From positions 1 through 26,553 of IMG/VR virus record IMGVR_UViG_3300017761_007798: DNA of 26,553 bases; one strand, 5' to 3'. The notes below the pieces were generated by a model. That model did not search any database, was not told where the DNA came from, and was given only the letters and a program-made list of their open reading frames with translations. Origin of the DNA: a virus. Taxonomy: Duplodnaviria; Caudoviricetes. A program made the translations under genes and the position numbers. Shown here in pieces: positions 8,609 through 17,852 of this stretch; the stretch's first letter is position 1, and every line of letters starts with the position of its first letter.

Positions 8609-10423
8609 ATGGAAAATAATCAAAATCTTACAGTTTGGCAGAGACTGAGTAAATCATTTGGACCGTATTCATTGTTAGGTCAGGACTACCCAACTTATCA
8701 ATATGACAAAACAGAGTTATTAAAAACAAACTCCAAACAACAATACGAAAAAGAAAAGTTACAGGCTCAACAAACTTTTTACTTAGCCAATCAGTGGACC
8801 AAAATTGAGAATAATTTATATACTCAAGCCACGTATTATGAACCAACAAGATTAGCCTCATTTTACGATTTTGAATCAATGGAATATACACCGGAGATTT
8901 CGGCGGCACTTGACATTTACGGTGAGGAATCGACTACTGTAAATCAAGATGGACAAATGGTTCAAATTTATTCTGATTCACAAAGAATAAAATCAATTCT
9001 AACTGATTTATTTAATAACGCCTTAGATATTAACACAAATTTAACGATGTGGACAAGAAATACTTGTAAATACGGTGATAATTTTGTGTATCTAAAACTT
9101 GACCCTGAAAAGGGTGTTGTGGGTTGTATGCAATTACCTAACATTGAAATCGAGAGATTGGAGATGGGTATGGCGTCCAAAACTTATAATACTGAAACGG
9201 ACCCGAAAAACACAGGACTGAAGTTCAAATGGAAGGTTAAAGATATGGAATTTAATTCTTGGGAAATCGCCCATTTTAGATTATTAGGCGATGATAGAAA
9301 ACTTCCATATGGAACATCTATGTTAGAAAAAGCAAGACGTATTTGGAAACAATTAATATTGGCAGAAGACGCGATGTTGATTTATCGTACATCGAGAGCA
9401 CCTGAAAGAAGAGTTTTCAAGGTATTTGTAGGAAATATGGACGACCAAGATGTTGAGGGTTACGTACAACGTGTGGCCAATAAATTTAAACGCCAACAAG
9501 TAGTAGACCATAAAACAGGAAATGTTGATATGAGATTCAACCAAATGGCGGTTGACCAAGATTATTTTGTTCCTGTTCGTGACCCGGCACAGGCAAGTCC
9601 TATTGATACACTACCCGGAGCGACTAACTTGGCGGAAATTGCTGATATTGAGTACATCCAAAAGAAATTATTAACAGCACTTCGTGTTCCAAAAGCGTTT
9701 TTAGGTTTTGAAGAGCCTGTTGGTGAAGGTAAGAATTTATCATTGATGGACATTCGTTTTGCTAGAACAATTAATAGAATTCAAAAAAGTATGTTGGCGG
9801 AAATGAATAAAATTGCCATTATACATTTATTCTTATTAGGTTTTGAGGACGAATTAAGTAATTTTACACTTGGGTTAAATAATCCATCTCGTCAAGCGGA
9901 TTTATTGGCAATTGATGTTTGGAAAGAGAAAATTATACTTTATAAAGACGCCGTAACCGCAATTGAGGGTATTGCTCCTGTATCTATTTCTTGGGCTAAA
10001 AAACACGTACTTGGATTCTCTGACGAAGAAATCAAACTTGACTTACAACAACAGAGAATTGAGAAAGCGGTTGCCGCTGAACTTACAAATACTGCAACAA
10101 TTATTGTCCATACGGGTATATTTGATAATGTTGATAAGTTATACGGTCAACAAAGTGGAACAACCGCAGCGGCAGGGGCAACACCACCACCACCTCCTGA
10201 AAGTGGAGGAGGATTAGGTGATATGGGAGGAATACCACCACCACCAAGTCCTGAACCAAGTGGAGATGCGGGAATGACCCCCGAATCAAAAAATAGGGAT
10301 AATATGAATATATTACTCGAAAGTAGTGATTTAATTAATGAAGATGACTTCATAGATTTATCGAGAGCAAGAAATTCTTTGGGTGATATTGGAGACGAAC
10401 TCGATAGAATATTAAATGACTAA
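8609..10423 (+). CDS. gp20: Portal protein (T4 gp20-like)
   Basis: PEISAALDIY, KQLILAEDAMLIYRTSRAPERRVFKVFVGNM, DYFVP, IDTLPGATNL...DIEYIQKKLLTALRVP are characteristic gp20-family motifs. Confidence 0.95.
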   Translation: MENNQNLTVWQRLSKSFGPYSLLGQDYPTYQYDKTELLKTNSKQQYEKEKLQAQQTFYLANQWTKIENNLYTQATYYEPTRLASFYDFESMEYTPEISAALDIYGEESTTVNQDGQMVQIYSDSQRIKSILTDLFNNALDINTNLTMWTRNTCKYGDNFVYLKLDPEKGVVGCMQLPNIEIERLEMGMASKTYNTETDPKNTGLKFKWKVKDMEFNSWEIAHFRLLGDDRKLPYGTSMLEKARRIWKQLILAEDAMLIYRTSRAPERRVFKVFVGNMDDQDVEGYVQRVANKFKRQQVVDHKTGNVDMRFNQMAVDQDYFVPVRDPAQASPIDTLPGATNLAEIADIEYIQKKLLTALRVPKAFLGFEEPVGEGKNLSLMDIRFARTINRIQKSMLAEMNKIAIIHLFLLGFEDELSNFTLGLNNPSRQADLLAIDVWKEKIILYKDAVTAIEGIAPVSISWAKKHVLGFSDEEIKLDLQQQRIEKAVAAELTNTATIIVHTGIFDNVDKLYGQQSGTTAAAGATPPPPPESGGGLGDMGGIPPPPSPEPSGDAGMTPESKNRDNMNILLESSDLINEDDFIDLSRARNSLGDIGDELDRILND

Positions 10424-10431
10424 TATTTATT
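10424..10431 (+). promoter_or_regulatory. TATTTATT putative late-promoter box variant
   Basis: In the 24-nt gap upstream of ATG 10448. Confidence 0.55.
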
Positions 10432-10447
10432 ATAAAATATTTGCAAA

Positions 10448-11173
10448 ATGAAAATAGGTGTATTAAAATCAAGAGTTGAAAAATTACTTTCCGAATCTTA
10501 CGGAAAAGGAACTTTTAAAGAAGAGATTAAAAATTTCAATAGAAATGTTTTGTCAAATAAAAACATATCTAAATTATTTTTTCTTTATGACGAGTTATCG
10601 ACAAATAAAGGATATGAACAAAAATTGGCTGAGGATTTTGTTTTTGAATCAATCACGATGTTTGAAAACATTATCAATAAGACAGACAAAAAAGATTTGG
10701 AAAAACTTAAAAGGTGGTCAATTGGTATTAACTCTCACAATCAATACACGGATATAGATAATTTGTTTTATAATACAGGAGATGTTTTACACTTGGAAAA
10801 CAAAGTTAGAAGTAAAAAAGTAATTGTTGAGGGATTAAAAAAGACCCCTATTGTTGGAAACAAGGAAACAATTCTTTTACCTTTGAGTTCTATGGTTAGA
10901 GTTGCAAATAAATCCATTGAAGAATTTGTATCTAATTTAAATGAATCAGAAAAGAAAGAACTTAATTTATTTCTTAAAGAGGATGAGTTAGTTTTAGTCG
11001 AACGATTTCAAAGCCTTAAGGACGAGGCGGTAGTTAAATTGGTCGTTGTTTTAGAATCTGAATCTGACGAATCAGTTAAAAGTACTATCAACGAGACAAT
11101 AGATAATATCAAAACTAAGAAATTTGACAGATTAGAGTATTTTAAGTTAAAGAACTTGGTTGATACCCTATAA
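10448..11173 (+). CDS. Hypothetical helical protein in head module (241 aa)
   Basis: Long ORF directly after portal, preceded by TATTTATT box; position analogous to T4 prohead core genes 67/68. Confidence 0.75.
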   Translation: MKIGVLKSRVEKLLSESYGKGTFKEEIKNFNRNVLSNKNISKLFFLYDELSTNKGYEQKLAEDFVFESITMFENIINKTDKKDLEKLKRWSIGINSHNQYTDIDNLFYNTGDVLHLENKVRSKKVIVEGLKKTPIVGNKETILLPLSSMVRVANKSIEEFVSNLNESEKKELNLFLKEDELVLVERFQSLKDEAVVKLVVVLESESDESVKSTINETIDNIKTKKFDRLEYFKLKNLVDTL

Positions 11174-11242
11174 ATTTTGACATTTTGACAAAATTCATCT
11201 AACTTTTTTTCAGAAAAAATAAACTCTGAAAAAAATGAGATA

Positions 11243-11695
11243 ATGAAGAAAGGGAAAACCGCTAAATTAAGCGGATTCAAATCGTCAAAAATTACTTATG
11301 GTACTGTAGATTCAAAAAATTTAAAATCAATTTACATTAACATTCAAACTTGGGTTCAACCAAAAGACGATTATGAGAAATGGACAAGAATTGTCCTAAA
11401 TATGTCAAGAGCAGTTAAACACACTGTATTTAATTGTCTTGACAAGGAAATATTTGACGAAAAATTTATCGCAGATTTAGACTTAAGAACGAGCGGAATT
11501 CAATACAAAAAAAGGTCTTTTATGAATTTAGAAATTAATCTTTATTTATTAGAAGAGATGGATTTCAAATCAACAGAATTAAAAAAATCAATTAAATCTA
11601 TTGTAAGTTGTATTCATTCAGACATCTTCAGAAAAAATGAATATTTTAATTTTCACTTAAGTAAAAAAGACAAAACTGAACTTGTGGAGGTATAA
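11243..11695 (+). CDS. Hypothetical phage protein (150 aa)
   Basis: Intact ORF between head genes, with its own upstream regulatory-looking region. Confidence 0.75.
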   Translation: MKKGKTAKLSGFKSSKITYGTVDSKNLKSIYINIQTWVQPKDDYEKWTRIVLNMSRAVKHTVFNCLDKEIFDEKFIADLDLRTSGIQYKKRSFMNLEINLYLLEEMDFKSTELKKSIKSIVSCIHSDIFRKNEYFNFHLSKKDKTELVEV

Positions 11696-11710
11696 ATATA
11701 AAGTTCGAGG

Positions 11711-11718
11711 TATTTATA
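11711..11718 (+). promoter_or_regulatory. TATTTATA putative late-promoter box
   Basis: Upstream of prohead protease. Confidence 0.65.
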
Positions 11719-11731
11719 TAAAAATATCGAC

Positions 11732-12460
11732 ATGAACGAACTTAAAATATTGAAACCCTATGAATCTGGAAAAGGGATTCTTATTGAGTATGATGCAGGA
11801 TATGTATCACCAAAAGAATTTGGAAATCAAAATATTTTGATGGAATCCAAAAGTTTCATGGACCACAGTAAACCTTTTGAGTTTTATGCGGTTCTACAAA
11901 AATATAATACACCAAATCGTAATGGTAGGATTTATCCTGAAAAAATATTAAAAAGAGAAGCTGAAAATTATAAGAAAATAATTAATAAGGGTGTTTCGCT
12001 TTCTGAGTTGAATCACCCTGAATCATCTTTAATTGATTTGGATAGAGTTTCTCATATTATCACTGAAGTATGGTGGGATGGAATAATATTGATGGGTAAA
12101 TTAAGATTACTAACATCACCCGGATTCCATGAAAGAGGGATTTGTTCTACAAAGGGAGATTTAGCAGCAAATTACTTAAGACAAGGCGTTACTTTAGGTA
12201 TTTCATCAAGAGGTGTTGGTTCCCTTAAAAAGATAGGAGAACAAAATGAAGTTCAGGACGATTTTGAATTAATTTGTTTTGACTTAGTTTCTTCACCGTC
12301 AACACCAGGTGCGTATCTTTTTTCTAAACCTGAAGAAAGGGGTAATTTTGAGGAGAACTTGGAGGAGGAGAATAAAACACAAAGAGAACGTCACGTAGGA
12401 CCCGAAGCAAACAATTCATTAGATTTAATGAAACGATTAAATACATATCTCGATAAGTAA
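11732..12460 (+). CDS. gp21: Prohead protease (T4 gp21-like)
   Basis: NRNGRIYP, ELNHPE (catalytic His), LDRVSH, GISSRGVGS (catalytic Ser), FDLVSSPSTPGA. Confidence 0.95.
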   Translation: MNELKILKPYESGKGILIEYDAGYVSPKEFGNQNILMESKSFMDHSKPFEFYAVLQKYNTPNRNGRIYPEKILKREAENYKKIINKGVSLSELNHPESSLIDLDRVSHIITEVWWDGIILMGKLRLLTSPGFHERGICSTKGDLAANYLRQGVTLGISSRGVGSLKKIGEQNEVQDDFELICFDLVSSPSTPGAYLFSKPEERGNFEENLEEENKTQRERHVGPEANNSLDLMKRLNTYLDK

Positions 12461-12509
12461 TCCTTGATTTTATAAAATGTTTTGATGATATTTTATAAAA
12501 AATAAAACT

Positions 12510-12725
12510 ATGAACGAAAAATATTTCATTGCAAAACTTTACTATGAATTTCCTGATGAAGAAACAGGTAAAGTAAAAAAAGTAAAAGAAGAAAAACTTG
12601 TAAAGGCATATAGTCCGACTGATGTTGAGGCTAAGATTACAAAAAGGTATAGTGAATTAACTTGGGATTGGAGAATCACATCAATTGCGGAAAGCAAAAT
12701 TGACGAAGTTATAGAAGTATTGTAA
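12510..12725 (+). CDS. Small protein resembling DUF4494 family
   Basis: YFIAKLYYE...GKVKKVKEEKLVKAYSPTDVEAKI...WRITSIAESKIDEV resembles, from memory, the DUF4494 pattern (KKVxExYLVDAxSFTEAEARI). Confidence 0.6.
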   Translation: MNEKYFIAKLYYEFPDEETGKVKKVKEEKLVKAYSPTDVEAKITKRYSELTWDWRITSIAESKIDEVIEVL

Positions 12726-12747
12726 ATTTTTTTCTTAAAAGTTTAAT

Positions 12748-12779
12748 AAAAAGGGGTCTCGAAAGGGTCCCCTTTTTTT
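12748..12779 (+). terminator. Rho-independent terminator
   Basis: AGGGGTCTC-GAAA-GGGTCCCCT stem (one mismatch, one G-U) followed by T7. Confidence 0.85.
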
Positions 12780-12840
12780 ATTTATTTAATTTATTTTTAA
12801 ATGAAAACCACAGAAAATGAATTTTTTACGTATATGACAA

Positions 12841-12848
12841 TATTTATA
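12841..12848 (+). promoter_or_regulatory. TATTTATA putative late-promoter box
   Basis: Between the terminator (12748-12779) and the scaffold/MCP genes, where a promoter is required. Confidence 0.7.
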
Positions 12849-12870
12849 TGAAAAATATACATTTAAAAAA

Positions 12871-14427
12871 ATGGCAAAAGAAAAAAATTTGGTTGAGGAC
12901 GCTCTTATTCAAATGAGAAATTTGGAAGAGGCGGTAGCCGAAAATGCAAAAGGAATACTTGCTTCTACGATGAAGCAAGAAATCAGAGAATTAGTAAAAG
13001 AATCTATTGTATCAGAACAAGGTGATGATGACGAGGAGATTAAAACAGATGATGAAATGGACATGGACATGGATTCTGATGAAATGGATATGGACATGGA
13101 TTCTGATGATGAAATGGATATGGATATGGATTCTGATGAAATGGATATGGATATGGATTCTGATATGAGTGATATTGGAATGTCCGATGATGATGATATT
13201 ATCGATTTGTCAGGAACTGACTCTGATGGTGAACCATTAATTTCTGATGAGGACCTTTTAAAGGTTTTCTTATCAATGGACCAAAATGACGGTATCATAG
13301 TAAAAAAAGATAACAATATGGTTAATCTAAAAGATGATAATACAGATAAAGAGTATCTAATTCAAATGGAATCTGCCGAAGGTGATGAGTTTATGGAATC
13401 TTATGACGAAATGGAAGAAGACTACGATATGGAAATGGAAGAAGACTACGATATGGAAATGGAAGAAGACGACGATATGGAAATGGGTATGGAAGACGAC
13501 AACATGGATATGGGTATGAAAGACGACAACATGGATATTGATTCTATTATAGATTCAGTATTTTCAAAAAAAGTTGGTTCTATGGATGAAGATGATACGA
13601 TGGATGAAGTCGTTTACGAAATTGAAATGGATGAAGATGATATGATGGATGAAGATGATATGATGGATGAAGATGATGATATCCAAATGGAATCTATGAA
13701 ACCTAAAATCGGTAGCGGTGCTAGAATTGGTAAACCTAAATTTTCATACAAAAAACCTTCAGGCGGATTCAAAGACGATATGAAACAAGGTACAAGAGGT
13801 GTTGGAATGGGTAAACCTAAATTTGAATTTAAAGAGGGAATGAAAAAAGAAAAGATGGATGGTTCTAAACTTATGAGTAAAGGAAAACCGTCATCTATGT
13901 TCTTCTCTGGTAAAAAAGAAGAAACTAAAGAAGCGTCTCGTACATATAAGTTCGGTTCGAAAGATGGAAGTCGCGGTCTTAGAAAAGGTATTACACCAAA
14001 CAGAAACCTTACGTTTGAAAACGAACAAAAATACGAAGAACAAATCAAAGTTTTAAGAGAGAAAAACGAAGAATATCGTAAAGCACTAAATGTGTTCAGA
14101 GATAAACTTAACGAAGTTGCTACATTCAATTCAAATTTGGCTTACGCAACAAGATTGTTCACTGAACATTCAACATCTAAACAAGAGAAAATTAACATCT
14201 TGAGAAGATTTGATGACGTTGAAACTATCAAAGAATCAAAAAATTTGTATCGTACAATTAAAAGTGAATTAACAACAACAAACAAAACGTCGATTACTGA
14301 ATCGATTGAAGGAAGAATCGAAAAAACTCCTTCTTCAGGTTCGGCTTCGACACTAATCGAATCTAAAACTTATGAGAATCCTCAATTCTTAAGAATGAAG
14401 GATATTATGAGTAAGATTATAAAATAA
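12871..14427 (+). CDS. Prohead scaffolding/core protein (T4 gp22-like position)
   Basis: Lies between protease and MCP; very acidic D/E/M repeats, coiled-coil C-terminus (EEQIKVLREKNEEYRKALNVFRDKLNEV), many L/I-x-E sites. Confidence 0.8.
   Translation: MAKEKNLVEDALIQMRNLEEAVAENAKGILASTMKQEIRELVKESIVSEQGDDDEEIKTDDEMDMDMDSDEMDMDMDSDDEMDMDMDSDEMDMDMDSDMSDIGMSDDDDIIDLSGTDSDGEPLISDEDLLKVFLSMDQNDGIIVKKDNNMVNLKDDNTDKEYLIQMESAEGDEFMESYDEMEEDYDMEMEEDYDMEMEEDDDMEMGMEDDNMDMGMKDDNMDIDSIIDSVFSKKVGSMDEDDTMDEVVYEIEMDEDDMMDEDDMMDEDDDIQMESMKPKIGSGARIGKPKFSYKKPSGGFKDDMKQGTRGVGMGKPKFEFKEGMKKEKMDGSKLMSKGKPSSMFFSGKKEETKEASRTYKFGSKDGSRGLRKGITPNRNLTFENEQKYEEQIKVLREKNEEYRKALNVFRDKLNEVATFNSNLAYATRLFTEHSTSKQEKINILRRFDDVETIKESKNLYRTIKSELTTTNKTSITESIEGRIEKTPSSGSASTLIESKTYENPQFLRMKDIMSKIIK
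13051..13164 (+). repeat. In-frame 27-bp tandem repeat x4 (DEMDMDMDS)
   Basis: gatgaaatggayatggayatggattct repeated four times, with one extra GAT codon. Confidence 0.9.
13408..13538 (+). repeat. In-frame 24-bp x3 (EMEEDYDM) and 27-bp x2 (GMxDDNMD) tandem repeats
   Basis: gaaatggaagaagactacgatatg repeated, followed by ggtatgraagacgacaacatggat repeated. Confidence 0.85.
13628..13682 (+). repeat. In-frame 18-bp tandem repeat x3 (MDEDDM)
   Basis: atggatgaagatgatatg repeated. Confidence 0.85.
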
Positions 14428-14455
14428 AAATAAACTTAAAAAATAATTCCAAAAA

Positions 14456-16261
14456 ATGGGAGCATTATTAGAATCAGGTCTTGTTGGTAACATCGGGTTA
14501 AAACACCTTAAAGTTATCAAAGAAGATACTATCAACAAATGGGACAGATTAGGGTTCCTTGAAGGTCTTAAAGGCCACCTAAAAGAAAATGTTGCACAAC
14601 TTTATGAAAACCAAGCATCACATTTGATTAACGAAGCATCTTCAGAATCTTCTAACGGAGCATTCGAAACAGTTGTTTTCCCAATCGTGAGACGTGTTTT
14701 CTCTAAATTGTTAGCGAACGAAATCGTATCAGTACAAGCGATGAACTTACCAATTGGTAAATTGTTCTACTTCGTACCTAAAATCCAAGGATATTCAGGT
14801 GGTACATCTGACATGTCAGGAGAACATTATTCACCTGTAGGTTCACCAGGTAATTATCCGGGTAATCCAAATTCAGGTTATGATGGTTCAGGAGCATATG
14901 CTAAAAATCTTTATGATTTATTTTATGAAGGTGGTGAAGCAGGACTTGACCCTCCAGGATTGTTCGATTATTCAAAAGGTCGTTGGTCTGCGGTAACAGG
15001 TGTAACTGTTACTTATGCATGGAGTCCAACAACCGGAGAGTTAGTATCAACTGGTTATACAAGTGGCTCATACAGAAAAGCTATCATCGTTATGTCAGGT
15101 TTTTCTAATTCAGGTGCAGGAAAATTAATTGGCCCTGATGGTCAAGAGATTGATTCTGAAACATTCCTTTCTGACCTTAAAATTATCGGTGTTACAACTA
15201 ACACAACTACATCGGCAAATGCTTTAAATCCATATTTATTCAGAGTTGTAACTCAAAAATATGGAAAAGGTATGGTACAATACGGAAGTAATGCATCGAC
15301 AACATTCCCAGGTTCAGGAAATGGTGGTTCATATAACGATATCTGTACTGCGGCAGGTTTCATCTTCTTAGAAGTTGACTTACAAGTTCCTGCAAGTTTA
15401 GGTTCAGATTCTATGGACGGATACACAGGTTCAACATTCTCTTCGTCGACAGCTACAAACAACGCATTTACTGCGGTTTGGAGACGTTATCAAGAACTTG
15501 AATTTGAAGATAAGATTGGTGAGGTTTCTTTTGACCTACAGTCAGTAACTGTATCGGTTTCTGAAAGAAAACTAAGAGCACAATGGTCACCTGAACTTGC
15601 ACAAGACGTTGCAGCATTCCACAACATCGATGCGGAAGCTGAATTGACAGCGTTATTGTCTGAACAAGTTGCAGCTGAAATCGACCGTGAAATTTTACGT
15701 GACTTACGTAAAGGAGCGGCTTGGAACCTTCGTTGGGATTACAACGGATGGAAGCGTCTGTCTTCTACAGGTGCTACACCATACACTCAAAAAGACTGGA
15801 ATCAAACTTTGATTACTGCAATTAACCAAATTTCTGCACAAATTCACAAGTCAACTCTTCGTGGTGGTGCTAATTGGATTGTAGTATCTTCTGAGGTTTC
15901 TGCAATTTTTGATGACTTGGAATATTTCCACGTATCAAACGCTTCACCTGAGCAAGACCAATACAACATGGGTATTGAAAGAGTAGGTACATTAGCAGGT
16001 CGTTACCAAGTGTTCCGTGACCCTTACTTCCCACCAAACACGGTGTTGATTGGTCACAAAGGTACTTCGTTACTTGACACAGGTTACATTTACGCACCGT
16101 ATGTACCTCTACAATTAACTCCAACTATGTACAATCCATTTAACTTCACACCTATCAAAGGTATTATGACACGTTACGCTAAGAAAATGGTTAATAACCG
16201 TTTCTACGGACGTATCACAGTTGATGGTGTACGTACATTCGACTTGAGAGAATTGAGATAA
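14456..16261 (+). CDS. gp23: Major capsid protein (T4 gp23-like, HK97 fold)
   Basis: QLYENQ, PIVRRVFSKLLANEIVSVQAMNLPIGKLF, RKLRAQWSPELAQD...HNIDAEAELTALLSEQVAAEIDREI, YAPYVPL, GIMTRYA. Confidence 0.96.
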   Translation: MGALLESGLVGNIGLKHLKVIKEDTINKWDRLGFLEGLKGHLKENVAQLYENQASHLINEASSESSNGAFETVVFPIVRRVFSKLLANEIVSVQAMNLPIGKLFYFVPKIQGYSGGTSDMSGEHYSPVGSPGNYPGNPNSGYDGSGAYAKNLYDLFYEGGEAGLDPPGLFDYSKGRWSAVTGVTVTYAWSPTTGELVSTGYTSGSYRKAIIVMSGFSNSGAGKLIGPDGQEIDSETFLSDLKIIGVTTNTTTSANALNPYLFRVVTQKYGKGMVQYGSNASTTFPGSGNGGSYNDICTAAGFIFLEVDLQVPASLGSDSMDGYTGSTFSSSTATNNAFTAVWRRYQELEFEDKIGEVSFDLQSVTVSVSERKLRAQWSPELAQDVAAFHNIDAEAELTALLSEQVAAEIDREILRDLRKGAAWNLRWDYNGWKRLSSTGATPYTQKDWNQTLITAINQISAQIHKSTLRGGANWIVVSSEVSAIFDDLEYFHVSNASPEQDQYNMGIERVGTLAGRYQVFRDPYFPPNTVLIGHKGTSLLDTGYIYAPYVPLQLTPTMYNPFNFTPIKGIMTRYAKKMVNNRFYGRITVDGVRTFDLRELR

Positions 16262-16282
16262 TCAATTTTATATTTAATACTG

Positions 16283-16311
16283 AAAAGGGACGAGAAATCG
16301 TCCCTTTTTTT
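16283..16311. terminator. Bidirectional rho-independent terminator between MCP and a convergent small gene
   Basis: Perfect AAAAGGGACGA-GAAA-TCGTCCCTTTT hairpin with T7 on + and A4 on the left side. Confidence 0.92.
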
Positions 16312-16534
16312 ATTTAGACAACAATCTAATACATTTTGATATTACCTCAGTTTCTCCTATATTATATAGTCCCCGTTCATAAGCATATTTAACCGCATGA
16401 ATAAGAAACACTGTTGCAATTTCACTATTAAGGGTTTGTAATATAGTCTCTAACTGTTCTTCCGTCTGTATTTCCAGTCTCCCGAACAAAACTGCTAGGG
16501 GTTGGTTTGATTCGTCTTCCATTTCCATTTCCAT
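16310..16534 (-). CDS. Hypothetical protein (70-74 aa; start ambiguous among three ATGs)
   Basis: Helical protein-like sequence; stop codon abuts the terminator. Confidence 0.65.
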   Translation of the reverse strand: MEMEMEDESNQPLAVLFGRLEIQTEEQLETILQTLNSEIATVFLIHAVKYAYERGLYNIGETEVISKCIRLLSK

Positions 16535-16664
16535 TTTTAATTTTTGATTTTACGAATTCAAAAGTTGCAACATCAATATCATCTATGTAATGATAATTGT
16601 CCAATATAACTTTATTAAATTCTTGTGTTAATTCGGGTGTCCAAACAAAATTTTCGTACAACAT
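16428..16664 (-). CDS. Possible small hypothetical protein (MLYENF..., 78 aa)
   Basis: N-terminal part fills the otherwise empty 16535-16664 gap, but the 3' part overlaps the next gene by 107 nt. Confidence 0.3.
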   Translation of the reverse strand: MLYENFVWTPELTQEFNKVILDNYHYIDDIDVATFEFVKSKIKNGNGNGRRIKPTPSSFVRETGNTDGRTVRDYITNP

Positions 16665-16683
16665 AAAATTGATAGTGTTATGA

Positions 16684-16691
16684 TATTTATA
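16684..16691 (+). promoter_or_regulatory. TATTTATA putative late-promoter box
   Basis: Upstream of the isolated + strand gene at 16714, where a promoter is required. Confidence 0.7.
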
Positions 16692-16713
16692 ATAATAAGA
16701 ATATTTTTTCAAA

Positions 16714-17427
16714 ATGACAAACGATAAAAAAATAAATGAGGCAACTTCAACATCCATTTCTTCGGGTAAATACCAACAACCTATGGGTCCTGGTATTCGT
16801 TTATTTAATAAACAGGAAATGCAACCCTATTATATACCAACATCAAAATATGATGATGCAGAATTGGCTTACGATAGTTATGATGGTAAAATGTCTACAC
16901 CTAAAAATGAAATAAAGAAAAAAGAATCTCAAGCAAGAAAAATGTCTAAATATATTAAAAACCACCCAACCGAAAGTGATGATGAAGGTAATAATATTAA
17001 TAGTGGAAACGGACCTTCAAAACCTTTAAAAAAAGAAAACATTGACCAACTTATTCATAATATATTAAAAGAAGATTTAGCCGTTTGGTTTGGAACCAAA
17101 AAGAAACCTAAAGGTTCAAAACAACCGGGAGGTCCTTGGGTTAACATTTGTCGTAAAAAAGAGGGTGGTGGACATCCTCCTTGTGGTAGACCTGAAGCAT
17201 CTTCAAAAGGTTATCCGAAATGTCGTGCCGCAGGTGTTGCCTCCAAAATGACTGATTCACAAAAGAAAAGTGCTTGTCAACAAAAAAGAAGTGCTGAAAA
17301 ATCAGAACCTAAGACGGGTACGGGGAACAAACCAACAATGGTTTCTTACAAACCTAAGAAGAAAAAAACAAACGAAAACTTAAGAAGTGTCATTAAGAAT
17401 ATTCTTAATGAAATTAAATCTTCTTAA
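16714..17427 (+). CDS. Basic, Cys-containing hypothetical protein, putative internal head protein
   Basis: TATTTATA box at 16684; INEA/LKED/LNEI sites; WF...WVNIC...HPPCGR...YPKCR domain. Confidence 0.8.
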   Translation: MTNDKKINEATSTSISSGKYQQPMGPGIRLFNKQEMQPYYIPTSKYDDAELAYDSYDGKMSTPKNEIKKKESQARKMSKYIKNHPTESDDEGNNINSGNGPSKPLKKENIDQLIHNILKEDLAVWFGTKKKPKGSKQPGGPWVNICRKKEGGGHPPCGRPEASSKGYPKCRAAGVASKMTDSQKKSACQQKRSAEKSEPKTGTGNKPTMVSYKPKKKKTNENLRSVIKNILNEIKSS

Positions 17428-17833
17428 GAATATCGGTTAGAGAACAATTGATTTGTGAGTGGATTACCGTTTCATAGGATTTTCTACGTAACTCAATTTC
17501 GTTATTAAATAAGAAATTAACTCTTTGCCAAACTCTAGCGTCCATTATTATAGAATAATGATATACGTGGTTTGTAACAAACGCCTGTTGGTGTTGTAGA
17601 GTTAAATAAATACCCAATCTATCATTTATAATGATTTTCTTTTCTGATACAGGAGCAAAGATTAATTCAGTGTCGTTCTGTTTAAGTAGTTTTCTTGCAA
17701 TATGAAAACAGGTTTGCTGATACCTGTCCATCGTAGGGTCAATTTTTTGGTCCAAAGGTCTTCTATGTATCCAAAGATAATATCTAAGAAATACTCTTTT
17801 GATTTTTCTTTTAACAAATTGATAAAGTGTCAT
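17414..17833 (-). CDS. Hypothetical protein (139 aa, start MTLYQF)
   Basis: The ORF-track start at 18016 overlaps another gene; ATG at 17833 follows a TATCTTTG promoter-like element. Confidence 0.7.
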   Translation of the reverse strand: MTLYQFVKRKIKRVFLRYYLWIHRRPLDQKIDPTMDRYQQTCFHIARKLLKQNDTELIFAPVSEKKIIINDRLGIYLTLQHQQAFVTNHVYHYSIIMDARVWQRVNFLFNNEIELRRKSYETVIHSQINCSLTDILKKI

Positions 17834-17852
17834 AGGGGATGTTTTGTGATTA

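Noticed and set aside
12468-12500. Two TTTTATAAAA palindromes upstream of the DUF4494-like gene
   Set aside because: Pure A/T low-complexity sequence; cannot be distinguished from background
13051-13682. Repeats as a CRISPR array
   Set aside because: Units are multiples of 3, in frame, lack unique spacers and encode acidic linker
6773-16261. Inteins, introns or homing endonucleases in terL, portal or MCP
   Set aside because: Reading frames are continuous, lengths ordinary, and no intein or LAGLIDADG/HNH/GIY-YIG motifs were seen
16519-16537. AAATGG x3 hexamer as a slippage/phase-variation site
   Set aside because: Only three copies and the unit preserves frame; it just makes the start codon ambiguous
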